The notes: generated from the letters alone by a model not told the origin. A stretch of DNA of 64,000 bases from an uncultured Gammaproteobacteria bacterium (GCA_964569575.1 CAZMTL010000001.1:67503-131502), one strand, 5' to 3'. Shown: positions 39,101 through 47,901, counted from the first letter of the stretch. Numbers and translations: made by a program.

Positions 39101-40392
39101 CTTGATAACAGAGTTATCATACTTTGTTGCGCAAAAGACTCTTGCATTTCTCGAGATAATTTAAATGCATCCGCAAGATTAGCTGCTTGACCAATCCGGT
39201 TATTCGCCAACAAGATTTGTACCCTTGGCTCTGCAAACGATTGACGAAATTCATCACTAATCCCAAAGGCATCAGCAATTTTCAAACCTTCCGAAACCAA
39301 CCCCTGCTCTACCGAATTGATCATCTCATTTGTTGCGATTTCTTGTAGCTCAGTCGATTCAAGCCTTCCTCGTGGTACTTCAAAATTAGTTATTATTCTT
39401 TCGAGCTCAAAGATCTTTTTTTCTCGTAGTTTCTTGATCAAAAGTAATCTAACTTCATCCTGTACCTCTGGTAGTTGCAGTATTTCTCTCGGTAAATCAA
39501 AAAAATTAATGACCTTTAGTCCATCCTCTGGTTGTCGAGATTTAAATGCTTTCATCGCTGCGAGTCTAGCTTTTTCTTTTGTTTCTGGCTTACTCAACAC
39601 CTCGCTAGCGACAAACCCTAATTCTTCAGAGATGTGAATATATTCAATCAAAATATTTGATCTTACTAATCCTTCACTCAGCCGATCTAATTGTCTCAAT
39701 AATAAATCCTCAACACGTTGACGCACTTCGGTGTCCTGCAACAAAGGCGATTCGATGTTTTTTCCGTTCTTTGAAAATACTGCAATATCCTTCATTGCAA
39801 CCACATCTTCCTCTACCAAAGCACGTTTAAAAATCTCGATCTCTGCGTTTCTTACTTCTTTTGATTCTAATATTTCATCTGATATTTTAAATACTCGTCG
39901 CATTTTAAATACCGCATCCAACCGTCCGTTTTTCAGAAAATCAATCACGATCCCCTTAACCACCCCTGCTTTCAATTCAGCTGATAGCGTTAGCGTTTTA
40001 ACTGCATGCTGATGATCTGATTCGTCATCTTCCCAGCTGGTATTTTTAATATGCTTTTCTACAAGGCGTTTTCGTTGTTCTTCAGAAATTCTTAGCAAGC
40101 CAGCCATTGTTTCGGCCATTTCCACTTGATACTCTTCTAGAAACCAGTAGATCGTATCCTCTATTGCTGTCTGTATCTCTGAACTTTGCATTACTTCGTC
40201 AGAGATACTTGGTACTTTTATTTCTTTTCTAAAAATTACAAAAGGGCCATGCGCCAGACCATCTAGCCATTCAAGAAACTGGTCTCTTTCCGCCTTCATC
40301 TCAGGCGATAATTCCGTCGCCTCGTCATTTTCTTTACTCGTGGCTCGGTTCACGACTTCTTGCGGCGGAGCTGGGCGTTCTCGGTTTTCCAT
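36106..40392 (-). CDS. large cytoplasmic helical-repeat protein (1428 aa), low GC (about 40%), unknown function
   Basis: No TM/signal; recurring roughly 35-aa units containing F(G/K/N)ISxE (AFGISDEFRQSF, AFKLSREMQESF, GFKISQEAEQA, FNISKEARMA, QFGISEKNF); composition distinct from flanking folD/pyrH. Confidence 0.8.
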   Translation of the reverse strand: MENRERPAPPQEVVNRATSKENDEATELSPEMKAERDQFLEWLDGLAHGPFVIFRKEIKVPSISDEVMQSSEIQTAIEDTIYWFLEEYQVEMAETMAGLLRISEEQRKRLVEKHIKNTSWEDDESDHQHAVKTLTLSAELKAGVVKGIVIDFLKNGRLDAVFKMRRVFKISDEILESKEVRNAEIEIFKRALVEEDVVAMKDIAVFSKNGKNIESPLLQDTEVRQRVEDLLLRQLDRLSEGLVRSNILIEYIHISEELGFVASEVLSKPETKEKARLAAMKAFKSRQPEDGLKVINFFDLPREILQLPEVQDEVRLLLIKKLREKKIFELERIITNFEVPRGRLESTELQEIATNEMINSVEQGLVSEGLKIADAFGISDEFRQSFAEPRVQILLANNRIGQAANLADAFKLSREMQESFAQQSMITLLSSGEVDLAREVSTGFKISQEAEQAAAEAGIRKALSKTLYSGGLRAFDEFNISKEARMAIMVNVIADHFEKGGWNNHHAFSMAQVAEMTEAEIRAHGLYQLFEKYYVDQLYEGDAKKLTEITRQFGISEKNFLEEDAIQDRIQFMNDQSIPKYIREEYSVYGERISNHARRARVTWGLNPELAQTILNERPDLLLKDEEVKEIAEEDFDQVFDIFAESYEDSNEKAIDTLRGLKNAGCRAKDLLAFVNRPDFNFHDFFQDDALSSFIYNHKPVEARGNSKAHAKAEKEFHERFGKTILRQVAKDMSAYEMGNSYVEFKRICNELKGMWLNDDDDHQNGLPRNLDEIRVMTEELGIESLTLRAAKLSDEKYHPLYSWKGLKLAEELYRFLGRRELIAGLREAKPELQAFAMQLLESPVISVEAIGQFVKEPGEFLDREVGYGNEFSHSLAPARIAEVQRAGLTQEMLRDALFNGELDKMQMLLPFEQNYRMTKEGKLMEDLVVTTEFAGTEITRALGKRSEGMIGEAEDVKKLFTEVRSWIARHAKESDDGEVMTENGAAAVLRKWIKEGVAPNVSKEALVELLGDGTNGLLYRAKVGVRPLETNEVRVRVGAKSDPSIRVSGEAVANCMPFGDGKTNAYDWNPAISQLIVERKGSDGKWLAMSQSVLMIDHKLERLTSEVMEEIRSRKQLHEILQEKDVQSGFVLVADNIEPNKNELNEGRANLIELAMERFGRSYLRSLPEELAIDRTKFVIGKETYETGRPDWKFEKEANTYIPGSPVSYIDHAGDEVYKITYPENENTQPERSGVSEVTAADVLSMAFLEGKGFSENKGLIFGLADRYQRIMAGLFTKEHFGDPNLMLMVRNKQEIPQGYMLARVDHTNPELPEVYIDDMGVDRSKGLASGKYAVQLIDAFVEKYAEHYQDTEKEFPPIYAEMREETSYKLVAKRVEEFAKRSKSGLVVELVELGDAQIAGEKFHRVRIFIGESREKIEEQKRKYVN

Positions 40393-40410
40393 ATGCCTCC
40401 AATTATAACA

Positions 40411-41115
40411 CTAGCCGATCACGCTGCCTTTAAATACTTCGCCAGTGATGACGTTGTTTAGATTTTTTACGTCGCCGCTTACTACGGCTACTCGGATTTT
40501 TTGGCGTTGGCAGAATTTTGAGGCGATTGGGTCAAATGGCGCGGAGAGGCCTGGGTCCCAGGTGTCGCCTACCATTACTCGGTAGTCTTTCCAGGTGAGG
40601 GTTTCGAGTTTTTGGGCTTGGGCGTTTTCGCGTGGGTCGGAATCGTAGACGTAGTCGATGTTTGAGGCGTTGATGATGTTGGTGACGCCAAGCTGCTTCG
40701 CGATCCGGGATGCTACGTAGTCGGTTGACCAGCCTGGTTTCCATCCGGCGGCGATGAGGATTTTGCCGCGCCATTTTTCCGGGAGACGGGTTGGGTCTTT
40801 GATCACCACCGGGTGTGCGAATTTTCGGAAGATGGTTCGCAGCAAGTGGCCGTTTAGTCGAGTGGCGTGAATACCAAGCCAGTCGAGGTCGTCGGGAAGC
40901 ACCTTATGTACGCTGCGCGCGGCGTCGATGTAGTGGCGAGCGGTACGACCTCCACCCACGACGATGACGAATTTCTGTCCCTTCTTCACTTCTGGCGAAA
41001 TAATGTCATCTAGTTTTTTCAAAAATTCGGTATTCGGTCCCCCTTCGGGAACAACGAGTGATCCACCGAGTGAGATGATGATTGGTTTTGATTTTTGGAG
41101 TTGGAGTTGTTGCAT
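40411..41115 (-). CDS. pyrH: UMP kinase, archaeal-type
   Basis: IISLGGSLVVPEGG, IVVGGGRTARHYI, GIHATRLNGHLL, AGWKPGWSTD align motif-by-motif with archaeal UMPK. Confidence 0.78.
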   Translation of the reverse strand: MQQLQLQKSKPIIISLGGSLVVPEGGPNTEFLKKLDDIISPEVKKGQKFVIVVGGGRTARHYIDAARSVHKVLPDDLDWLGIHATRLNGHLLRTIFRKFAHPVVIKDPTRLPEKWRGKILIAAGWKPGWSTDYVASRIAKQLGVTNIINASNIDYVYDSDPRENAQAQKLETLTWKDYRVMVGDTWDPGLSAPFDPIASKFCQRQKIRVAVVSGDVKNLNNVITGEVFKGSVIG

Positions 41116-41142
41116 AGCTTAGGGTGTAGTAAAGAATTGCTT

Positions 41143-41195
41143 TGACATCCTGAGCGCGGCGAATGGATCCTTCACTTCGTTCAGGATGTCAACGT
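41143..41195. repeat. 12-bp stem hairpin with 29-nt loop; probable degenerate relic of the composite repeat family
   Basis: ttgacatcctga ... tcaggatgtcaa; loop gcgcggcgaatggatccttcacttcgt resembles cgatggatcc of core A. Confidence 0.35.
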
Positions 41196-41236
41196 TAAAT
41201 TATATAAAGTACAGAAAGAAAATAAGCGCGGGGCGC

Positions 41237-41587
41237 TTATTTTTTTGGTTCTTTGATAAGGTGGTGGACTAGGTTCGAAACGATCCAGAGGATGATGGCG
41301 GCAAAAAGAGCGGCAAGGAAATTTGAAATTTCGAATCCGTCGATGAATGTTGCGGCGAACCAGAGCAATCCTGCATTAATCACGAAGGTAAAAAGACCGA
41401 ACGTGAAAAAGTTGAGCGGAAGCGAGATGAACAATAGTAGTGGCTTTACTGTTACGTTCAACAGCGCCAACACGGCTGCCAAAATAAGCGCGATGTAGAT
41501 GCCGTCAACTTCGAAACCGGGAACGAATTGTGTGATTACAAGCAGAGTGACTGCTTGAATGAACCATTTTGCGAGGATGCGGAGCAT
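41237..41587 (-). CDS. 4-TM membrane protein of the phage-holin-4 / DUF360 family (PF04020-like)
   Basis: 116 aa, four hydrophobic helices, FVPGFEVDG and FIDGFEISNFL motifs typical of this family; no phage neighbours. Confidence 0.65.
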   Translation of the reverse strand: MLRILAKWFIQAVTLLVITQFVPGFEVDGIYIALILAAVLALLNVTVKPLLLFISLPLNFFTFGLFTFVINAGLLWFAATFIDGFEISNFLAALFAAIILWIVSNLVHHLIKEPKK

Positions 41588-41695
41588 AGTTAGGGGTAGA
41601 GTGTAGTTAGAAGAGGACAGAGATTTGAGGAGGTTTTTTTTCTGAGAAGACCCCTCCTAGCTTTGCCCTGGTAAGGGGATGGAAAACGCGCTCCC

Positions 41696-41920
41696 TTATT
41701 CCGCGTCACCTTCTTCGAGGGCTTCGAATTTTTGTTTTAGGGTGGTGACTTTGTTTTCTACTTCTTGTAATTTTTCTTTGCAGATTTTTGAAAGTTCTAG
41801 TCCGCGTTCGAAGTTTTCGATGCCTTTGTCTAGATCGACTTCTTCGTTTTCGAACCATTCGGTCAGCTTTTCTAGTTCTTGAAATGCTTCTGCGAAGGAG
41901 AGTTTTTTCTTGGTTGCCAT
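41696..41920 (-). CDS. xseB: exodeoxyribonuclease VII small subunit
   Basis: Start at MATKKKLSFAEAFQELEKL.. aligns with XseB N-terminus; 1 nt after xseA stop. Confidence 0.85.
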   Translation of the reverse strand: MATKKKLSFAEAFQELEKLTEWFENEEVDLDKGIENFERGLELSKICKEKLQEVENKVTTLKQKFEALEEGDAE

Positions 41921-41921
41921 A

Positions 41922-43205
41922 TTAGAATTCCATTTTTCGTTGTTGAGTTCCTCCAGCCGTTGCACTTATTGTGCCCTTTGCCAATTGTATCTGAATTGCC
42001 TCGCCATCGGCAAGCTGGGTCGCGTCACGCACGATTCCATTGCGTGATCGCACGATTGCGAAACCGCGTTCGAGCACACGCTTTACGTCGTAGGTTTGGA
42101 ACACGCGCGTTAGTCCGTCTAGCGCTAGTCGGGATTGTGAAACGTAGTGCAAAAATGTTCCTTGCACAGCTGCGTCCATGCGTTCGATGTATTGCCGTGT
42201 TGCGACTAGACTAAGTCGGAAGCGTTCGAAGGCGTGGTGGAAGCGCGTAATAGTTGATTGCATTTCGTGCATTTTTTGCTCGATGAATCGGCGTAGCTGC
42301 ACGCGGGCACGATCGATGTTTTGATGATATTTGTTTATGTGGCGGTCGATAATCATCTGCATGCGTTCGAGCGATGTTCGAAGTTCGCGTTCAACATCGA
42401 GCGCATCTGGCACCACACGTTCTGCGGCGTTACTTGGTGTTGAAGCACGGATATCTGCCACGTAATCACAAAGTGATTCGTCGCGTTCATGACCAACGGC
42501 ACACACCACTGGTACAGATGATTGAAAAACAGCGCGAGCCGTTTGTTCGTCGTTAAAGGCGTGCAGATCTTCTAAACTTCCTCCTCCGCGCGTGAGCACG
42601 ATTACATCTGGCTTTTCTTCTTCGGCCATTGCGTTGAACGCCTTGAAGGCACCGACGATTTCGCGTACGGCGTGCTGGCCTTGGACATGCACGGGAATGT
42701 GAACGATCTCTACACCTCGCCAACGATTATTTAAAATGCGCAGGAAGTCGCCATAGGCCGCTGCTTCGGACGAAGTGATCAATCCGATTCGTTTTGGAAA
42801 GCGTGGAATATTTCGCTTGCGCGCAGCGTCGAACAAGCCTTCTTCTTCCAGCTTTTTCTTGAGCAATTCGTACGCGCGAGCGAGCGCCCCTTCACCAACC
42901 AGCTCAACCGTTTCGATGTTGAGCGAAAGTTTTCCGAATCGTTCGTAGACTTTTGGGTAACCCGTCACCTGCACCTTCATTCCTGCTTCTAGCGGCGTTG
43001 CTACTTTGAAGACGGTGGTGAAGCATGAAATCTTTGCATCGCGCTCTTCATCCTTCAATTCGATATTAATCCACTTCCCTTGGCTCACCCGGCATTCGAC
43101 AATTTCTCCCTGAATAAAAATCCGATCATGCGGAATGGTGTCGAGCGTGCTGTTGATTAAGTCGATGTAGGTGGCGACCGTTAGAATTGTTCGTTGTTCA
43201 TCCAT
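41922..43205 (-). CDS. xseA: exodeoxyribonuclease VII large subunit
   Basis: N-terminal OB-fold, central XseA catalytic region (ITSSEAAAYGDFLRIL, VLTRGGGSLEDL). Confidence 0.9.
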   Translation of the reverse strand: MDEQRTILTVATYIDLINSTLDTIPHDRIFIQGEIVECRVSQGKWINIELKDEERDAKISCFTTVFKVATPLEAGMKVQVTGYPKVYERFGKLSLNIETVELVGEGALARAYELLKKKLEEEGLFDAARKRNIPRFPKRIGLITSSEAAAYGDFLRILNNRWRGVEIVHIPVHVQGQHAVREIVGAFKAFNAMAEEEKPDVIVLTRGGGSLEDLHAFNDEQTARAVFQSSVPVVCAVGHERDESLCDYVADIRASTPSNAAERVVPDALDVERELRTSLERMQMIIDRHINKYHQNIDRARVQLRRFIEQKMHEMQSTITRFHHAFERFRLSLVATRQYIERMDAAVQGTFLHYVSQSRLALDGLTRVFQTYDVKRVLERGFAIVRSRNGIVRDATQLADGEAIQIQLAKGTISATAGGTQQRKMEF

Positions 43206-43228
43206 ATCGAGGCTAGTTTAACACAGGT

Positions 43229-44275
43229 TTACAAAATGAGCATCGCATCGCCGAACGAATAGAATCGGTAGCGTTCGTGAATCGCTTCTTCGTACGCGCG
43301 TTTTCGGAGGTGGTCGCCGGCGAAAGCGGATACTAGAACCAGAAGAGTGGTGCGAGGAAGATGGAAGTTGGTGATCAAGCCGTCGATGATTTGAAATGCG
43401 TAACCGGGACGGATGAAGATGTTGACCTTGCCTTTGTAGCCGATAGGCAACTGATTATTTTTTGCGACAGATTCGAGCGCGCGAGTCGTAGTAGTGCCGA
43501 CGGCGATAATGCGGCGATCTTCGTTTTTTGCTGCGTTGATACGTTCAGCAACATCGGGTTCTATTTCGATGTACTCAGCGTGCATTTTGTGTTCTTCGAT
43601 CGTATCGAACCACATCGGTTGGAATGTTCCGAGGCCGACGTGAAGGATAAGATATTCTATTTGAATACCTTTGTTTTTTAGCGCATCGAGCAGTTGATCG
43701 GTGAAGTGAAGACCTGCCGTAGGCGCAGCGACCGATCCGGTTTCGCCGGCGTAGACCGTTTGGTAGTCGTTCAAATCTTCAATCTCGTTGTGAATATAAG
43801 GCGGAAGGGGGACGGATCCAGCGCGATCGCAGAGATGGAAGACGTTGCTTTTTGATCCTTCGAATTGCAGATCGGCCGTTCCTTCGGTGTTGTCGACTGC
43901 AACTACGTTTGCGTCAGCTCCTTCGAAATGCACAATATCGCCCACGCGTAAGCGCCGAAGCTTTCGGGCAAGACAACGCCATGTCGTGGTTGAATTTTCG
44001 TGATTTACTTCGTGCAACAATACAATTTCGAGTGGAATATTTTTTCGCACGTGCGCAGACAGTCGCGCGCGGAAGACTTTTGTTTTGTTCAGCACGAGGA
44101 CATCACCTTTTTTTAGATGATCGATGATGTTGAAAAATTTCGCGTGGTCGATTGTTTTATTTTGTCGATTCACCACAAGAAGCCGCGCGTGGTCGCGTGG
44201 CTCGATGGGATGTTCTGCAATTAATTCCTCCGGCAGCGTGTAGTCGTAATGTGCAATCGGAGTTCCCTGTTCCAT
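43229..44275 (-). CDS. queA: S-adenosylmethionine:tRNA ribosyltransferase-isomerase
   Basis: DYTLPEELIAEHP, GSVAAPTAGLHFT, VGTTTTRALE motifs. Confidence 0.92.
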   Translation of the reverse strand: MEQGTPIAHYDYTLPEELIAEHPIEPRDHARLLVVNRQNKTIDHAKFFNIIDHLKKGDVLVLNKTKVFRARLSAHVRKNIPLEIVLLHEVNHENSTTTWRCLARKLRRLRVGDIVHFEGADANVVAVDNTEGTADLQFEGSKSNVFHLCDRAGSVPLPPYIHNEIEDLNDYQTVYAGETGSVAAPTAGLHFTDQLLDALKNKGIQIEYLILHVGLGTFQPMWFDTIEEHKMHAEYIEIEPDVAERINAAKNEDRRIIAVGTTTTRALESVAKNNQLPIGYKGKVNIFIRPGYAFQIIDGLITNFHLPRTTLLVLVSAFAGDHLRKRAYEEAIHERYRFYSFGDAMLIL

Positions 44276-44276
44276 A

Positions 44277-45113
44277 CTACGGATTCACAAAAATCACTCG
44301 TTTTGCACCGTTTTCTGGGTCGCCGTTATTCCAGTCACCAATTGCGTTCATTACAACATCGATGTTGTAAACGAAATTTTCACCGTTACGCGTTCCTGGA
44401 TCGTTGGTGATAAATTGCGTTGCCGTGTACCCCTTGATGACGAACATGTGATAGAGCGGTCCGGCTCCGCTGAAGTTTGGATTTCCTAATCGACGTCCTG
44501 CCGCCGGAATAATCACCGGTCGTCCTGCAGCGATTTCTTTTTTAATATCTTGCACGGTTGGATTTTCGACCACCCGTCCGCTCAATCCGTAAAATGCGTC
44601 CATGAAGCTCACTGTTTCTGCTGCCGTTGTGTCGAGATGGAATCCAAGGAAGTCATCTTCGAAGGCGATCAGTTCGAGCAGATCTGCATCTGCTTTGTTG
44701 GGATCGATTTTTCCCGAAGGAGTTCCGTTGAAATATTCTGCCACCATGTAGACCGATGCTTCTTCGCATGCTTCTTGGTAAGGCAATTCCCAATTTGAAT
44801 GAGGAGCTTGTGATGTAAACGGTACGGCTAGGTTGAATTGGCCAGGAATGTCACCTTCTCCCTCCCCTTCTGCAGGATCGGTTACGTCCGGCGTTTCTTC
44901 GCTTGGCACTGGGTCTTCGATTACTTCTGGATCTTCTTCTACCGTCGGCTCTTCTTCATCTTCTGTTACTTCATCTTCGCCGTTTATTTCGTCGTAGCTC
45001 ACTTCTTCTACATCAACCACCACCGGCTGTTCGTCGGAATTGATATACCAATAGGCCGCCGCACCGAGACCGATGACAAGAAGGAGTAAAGCGAGAATGG
45101 TTCGAATTTTCAT
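44277..45113 (-). CDS. membrane-anchored C39-like (papain-fold, Peptidase_C39_2-type) domain protein with acidic linker
   Basis: N-terminal TM, D/E/P-rich linker, then FTSQAPHSNWELPYQEACEEASVYMVAEY (Q..C catalytic-region pattern) and downstream LYHMFVIKGY His. Confidence 0.55.
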   Translation of the reverse strand: MKIRTILALLLLVIGLGAAAYWYINSDEQPVVVDVEEVSYDEINGEDEVTEDEEEPTVEEDPEVIEDPVPSEETPDVTDPAEGEGEGDIPGQFNLAVPFTSQAPHSNWELPYQEACEEASVYMVAEYFNGTPSGKIDPNKADADLLELIAFEDDFLGFHLDTTAAETVSFMDAFYGLSGRVVENPTVQDIKKEIAAGRPVIIPAAGRRLGNPNFSGAGPLYHMFVIKGYTATQFITNDPGTRNGENFVYNIDVVMNAIGDWNNGDPENGAKRVIFVNP

Positions 45114-45451
45114 AGAGTTGTTTTAGTACATATTCCTACGCCGTCGATCTTCTGTCCACAAGTGTGACTGTATGGGCACTGGTCGTCGGTTGTGCATTCG
45201 CACATTGCTACGCACAGCTGAATACAGGCTTCGGTATCACTTCCCCGGCAGGCACTTCCGCAATCGTTCCATGTTCCACCCGCATCTGCGCAGGTTGTTT
45301 GGTTGAGGATAACCACCGGCGTTATCGAACTCGGCTCTTCTTCACGCTGCTGCATTTGCAAGACGCGCAGAATAAGCGCGGTTGCGATAATCCCTACAAG
45401 CAAAAACAGGTGCCAGCTTTTGAGTTCGGGTTTGGCTTTTTTGTGGAACAT
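45110..45451 (-). CDS. small signal-anchored Cys-rich protein (113 aa, 10 Cys in C-terminal 55 aa)
   Basis: TM segment WHLFLLVGIIATALILRVL then CADAGGTWNDCGSACRGSDTEACIQLCVAMCECTTDDQCPYSHTCGQKIDGVGIC; 4-nt overlap with downstream C39-like gene. Confidence 0.6.
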   Translation of the reverse strand: MFHKKAKPELKSWHLFLLVGIIATALILRVLQMQQREEEPSSITPVVILNQTTCADAGGTWNDCGSACRGSDTEACIQLCVAMCECTTDDQCPYSHTCGQKIDGVGICTKTTL

Positions 45452-45464
45452 ACTCCTTGTGATT

Positions 45465-46889
45465 CTAAGTGGATGACTCGCCTTGCTTTCTTGCCCATTC
45501 GCGCACGAACCAAGTGGCTTGGACGTCGTCTTCGTTGTAATTGACGATCTTTTTTAGGATTTTTTCGTCACCAGTTTGCAGCCAGTCGTTGTACCAAAGA
45601 ATAGAATCAAGACCAGATGCGTCGCTGCTTCTCCAGCGGAAGCCGAGGGATTTTGCGATGTCTTTTAGTGAATAGAACGGTGTTGGGAAAATGACCTTTT
45701 CGCGCATGCGCGTAAGGACGTCGATCATTTTTTCGTCGAACATCTGCTGGACGACTTGTTGGATGCCGTATTTTTCCGCCATCTTTCTGAACACATCTTG
45801 TTCGTACCAACCGTAGTGATAGATAAATGCCCCTTGGTATTCTGCGACAAATTCGATAAATGCGTGCCACGCCTGCTCTTCTTCGGATGGGTCTTTTGCC
45901 AGGAACGGATGATACGTGGACGAACCGTCTTTTTCCGAAACCAGTACACCGAACAAGTAATGCACGTCGCGCAACGGGTCGCTTTCGATGTCGATCGTGA
46001 GCGCCACCTCTCCGTCTTCTGGGAATTCAATTTGGCCAACCACTTTTACCTCTTGATCTGTAATTGCAATCGCTTGTTGCTGCAAGAAGTAAGCGCGGTC
46101 GGATGTGATTCCGGATACTTTTAGAACCGTGTCGCGCGATGCGTTTGCAAGTTCTTCTACCGTCTTGATTCCGCCTCGCTCCAAAGCTTCGACTTCGCTT
46201 CGCCAGATTCGGTTGATGAGCGAAAGATGCCCGCACTCACGCGTGTCGCTTTCGCATTCCGAGAACCAAGGTGATTGCTTGCAGGCCGAGGTGAGGAAGT
46301 GAGGCTTGCGTTCGCCGTGCAGAACGTCATTCATTTGTTCGAGTAGCAGATCGTATTCAACTTGAAACTCGCTAATCGAATAACTGTCGACGACGCCGTT
46401 TGAATGCATCACGTACCCATTTTGCGGTTTGACGTTTTGAATTTTGTTCAACAACTCGGCGTAAAAGACTCCTTGGAATTTGTATTCATCTTTTAAGTGG
46501 CGTGAACGCTTTATGTCGACCGCTACATAGTACCAGTCACCTAACTCCGATTTTCCTTCTACTTTTTCGAGCAAGTCGGGTCGACCGACAAAATGTTCGT
46601 GCGTCAAAACAGCGCTTGCGATTGTTTCAGCGCCCTGCTTCATCTGCTCAAGCGTTTCGAGCGCCGCTTCGTCCATGTCTTCCGACGTGATTTCGTACAC
46701 CTTTCGTTCGCTTAGTAAGGTTGTTTTTCGTTCGGTCAGCAATCCTTCGTCCTGAATACGTTTCAGTAAATGCTCGCGGCTGTCGCCATGCAAAAAATCA
46801 CGCTCAAACCAGCGCGCGCACTTTAAAAAGGTATAAAAGCTTTGTTCCGTGATACGGGATTTCATGGGCCTAGTATAGCGCATTGCCAA
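45465..46889 (-). CDS. TM0106-family putative RecB-like nuclease (PD-(D/E)xK N-domain plus RNase H-like C-domain)
   Basis: YYVAVDIKRSRHLKDEYKFQ (DxK-type core) and C-terminal YHYGWYEQ..NYNEDDVQATW resembling the RNase-H-like 3'-5' exonuclease-type domain of this family. Confidence 0.65.
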   Translation of the reverse strand: MAMRYTRPMKSRITEQSFYTFLKCARWFERDFLHGDSREHLLKRIQDEGLLTERKTTLLSERKVYEITSEDMDEAALETLEQMKQGAETIASAVLTHEHFVGRPDLLEKVEGKSELGDWYYVAVDIKRSRHLKDEYKFQGVFYAELLNKIQNVKPQNGYVMHSNGVVDSYSISEFQVEYDLLLEQMNDVLHGERKPHFLTSACKQSPWFSECESDTRECGHLSLINRIWRSEVEALERGGIKTVEELANASRDTVLKVSGITSDRAYFLQQQAIAITDQEVKVVGQIEFPEDGEVALTIDIESDPLRDVHYLFGVLVSEKDGSSTYHPFLAKDPSEEEQAWHAFIEFVAEYQGAFIYHYGWYEQDVFRKMAEKYGIQQVVQQMFDEKMIDVLTRMREKVIFPTPFYSLKDIAKSLGFRWRSSDASGLDSILWYNDWLQTGDEKILKKIVNYNEDDVQATWFVREWARKQGESST

Positions 46890-46954
46890 GCAGGCGTCAT
46901 CCTGGACTTGATTCGAGATAGATCGACTCTTACTTCTTTAGCTTGTACCGATTC

Positions 46955-47095
46955 CTCTCCTCTCGTCATCCCGGGCCCCGACCCCCGGCACTAAAGGCCG
47001 GGCGGGCTGGGATCCATCGCCTTCCTTGCTTCAAGCGAAAGTCAGAACGCGCTCCCCCTCCTTCTCAGATCCACAAGGAGGGGCTAGGGGTGGTT
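46955..47095. repeat. MITE-like composite hairpin repeat, copy 2 (carries nested ccggcactaaaggccgg hairpin inside core A)
   Basis: ctcgtcatcccgggccccgaccc[ccggcactaaaggccgggcgggct]gggatccatcg ... ccccctccttctcagatccacaaggaggggctaggggtggtt. Confidence 0.65.
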
Positions 47096-47121
47096 TTGCG
47101 CTGATCGACCAAAAATCTCTG

Positions 47122-47160
47122 AAATAAAAACCGTCGCAGTTTGTACTGCGACGTTTTTTT
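47122..47160 (-). terminator. rho-independent terminator (bidirectional) after 47160..47849 gene
   Basis: A-run, stem cgtcgcagt/actgcgacg with loop ttgt, T7. Confidence 0.65.
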
Positions 47161-47849
47161 TAATTTTCTACTTGCCATTCTACACTCTCGATATACACGC
47201 CCTGCTCTGTTGTTTTCATAAAGTAGACCGTATCACCTTCCACGTCTACAGATACTCCCGCGTCGTACACTTGAACGTATTGCGTGTGATCGGTCGGGAT
47301 ATTGGCCGTTGCTAGTAATTCTGCTTCATTATTTAGCGCGTATACATGCGTGACTATTTTTGTTGCTCCCGAAGCACTTATTTCGTCAACTTTATTTACC
47401 TGCCAATACTGGATGCCTTCAGACGATTCTCCCCAAAAATATAATTCGGAAGAATCCTCTGTTTGTAGTTTGTTTTTTACTTTTAGTTGGTCGCTTGTAA
47501 GCTCGGGATTTTTTGAAGAATTCGCCTTCGGTGACTGTCCGTACTCATATTCTTCATATCGGATAAAATCACCTGCTTTGTTTACGATAATCTCTCTACC
47601 TTTAACACCGTCGTTGATCCGCACTTCGTTCCCCTTAACTGAAAATGCGTTCGGTCCCCAGCGCAGCGACTCTTCTTCTCCACCCTCGTAATGCACGCCT
47701 TCTTCTGCATCGGTTGCTACAGGGATGAATATATTCACCTTATTACTATTCAGCATTTGATCACTCTTCACTATTCGCAAAGCGAGCACGACCATTATTA
47801 AAATAGACACAAAGCTTACAAGCCAGATTAGCTTTCTTGATTTGTTCAT
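47160..47849 (-). CDS. hypothetical membrane-anchored protein (229 aa)
   Basis: N-terminal TM LIWLVSFVSILIMVVLAL; extracytoplasmic remainder; terminator downstream. Confidence 0.65.
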   Translation of the reverse strand: MNKSRKLIWLVSFVSILIMVVLALRIVKSDQMLNSNKVNIFIPVATDAEEGVHYEGGEEESLRWGPNAFSVKGNEVRINDGVKGREIIVNKAGDFIRYEEYEYGQSPKANSSKNPELTSDQLKVKNKLQTEDSSELYFWGESSEGIQYWQVNKVDEISASGATKIVTHVYALNNEAELLATANIPTDHTQYVQVYDAGVSVDVEGDTVYFMKTTEQGVYIESVEWQVEN

Positions 47850-47901
47850 AATTATTTTCTTGATTCTAGATTAAGAAAAACAGGCCAAAGGCCCGTTTTC
47901 T

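Noticed and set aside
41640-41700. Possible further degenerate repeat copy (gacccctcctagc...ggtaaggggatgg) upstream of xseB
   Set aside because: Similarity to the repeat tail (gacctcccctagcc) is short and could be chance, so it is not counted as a copy.
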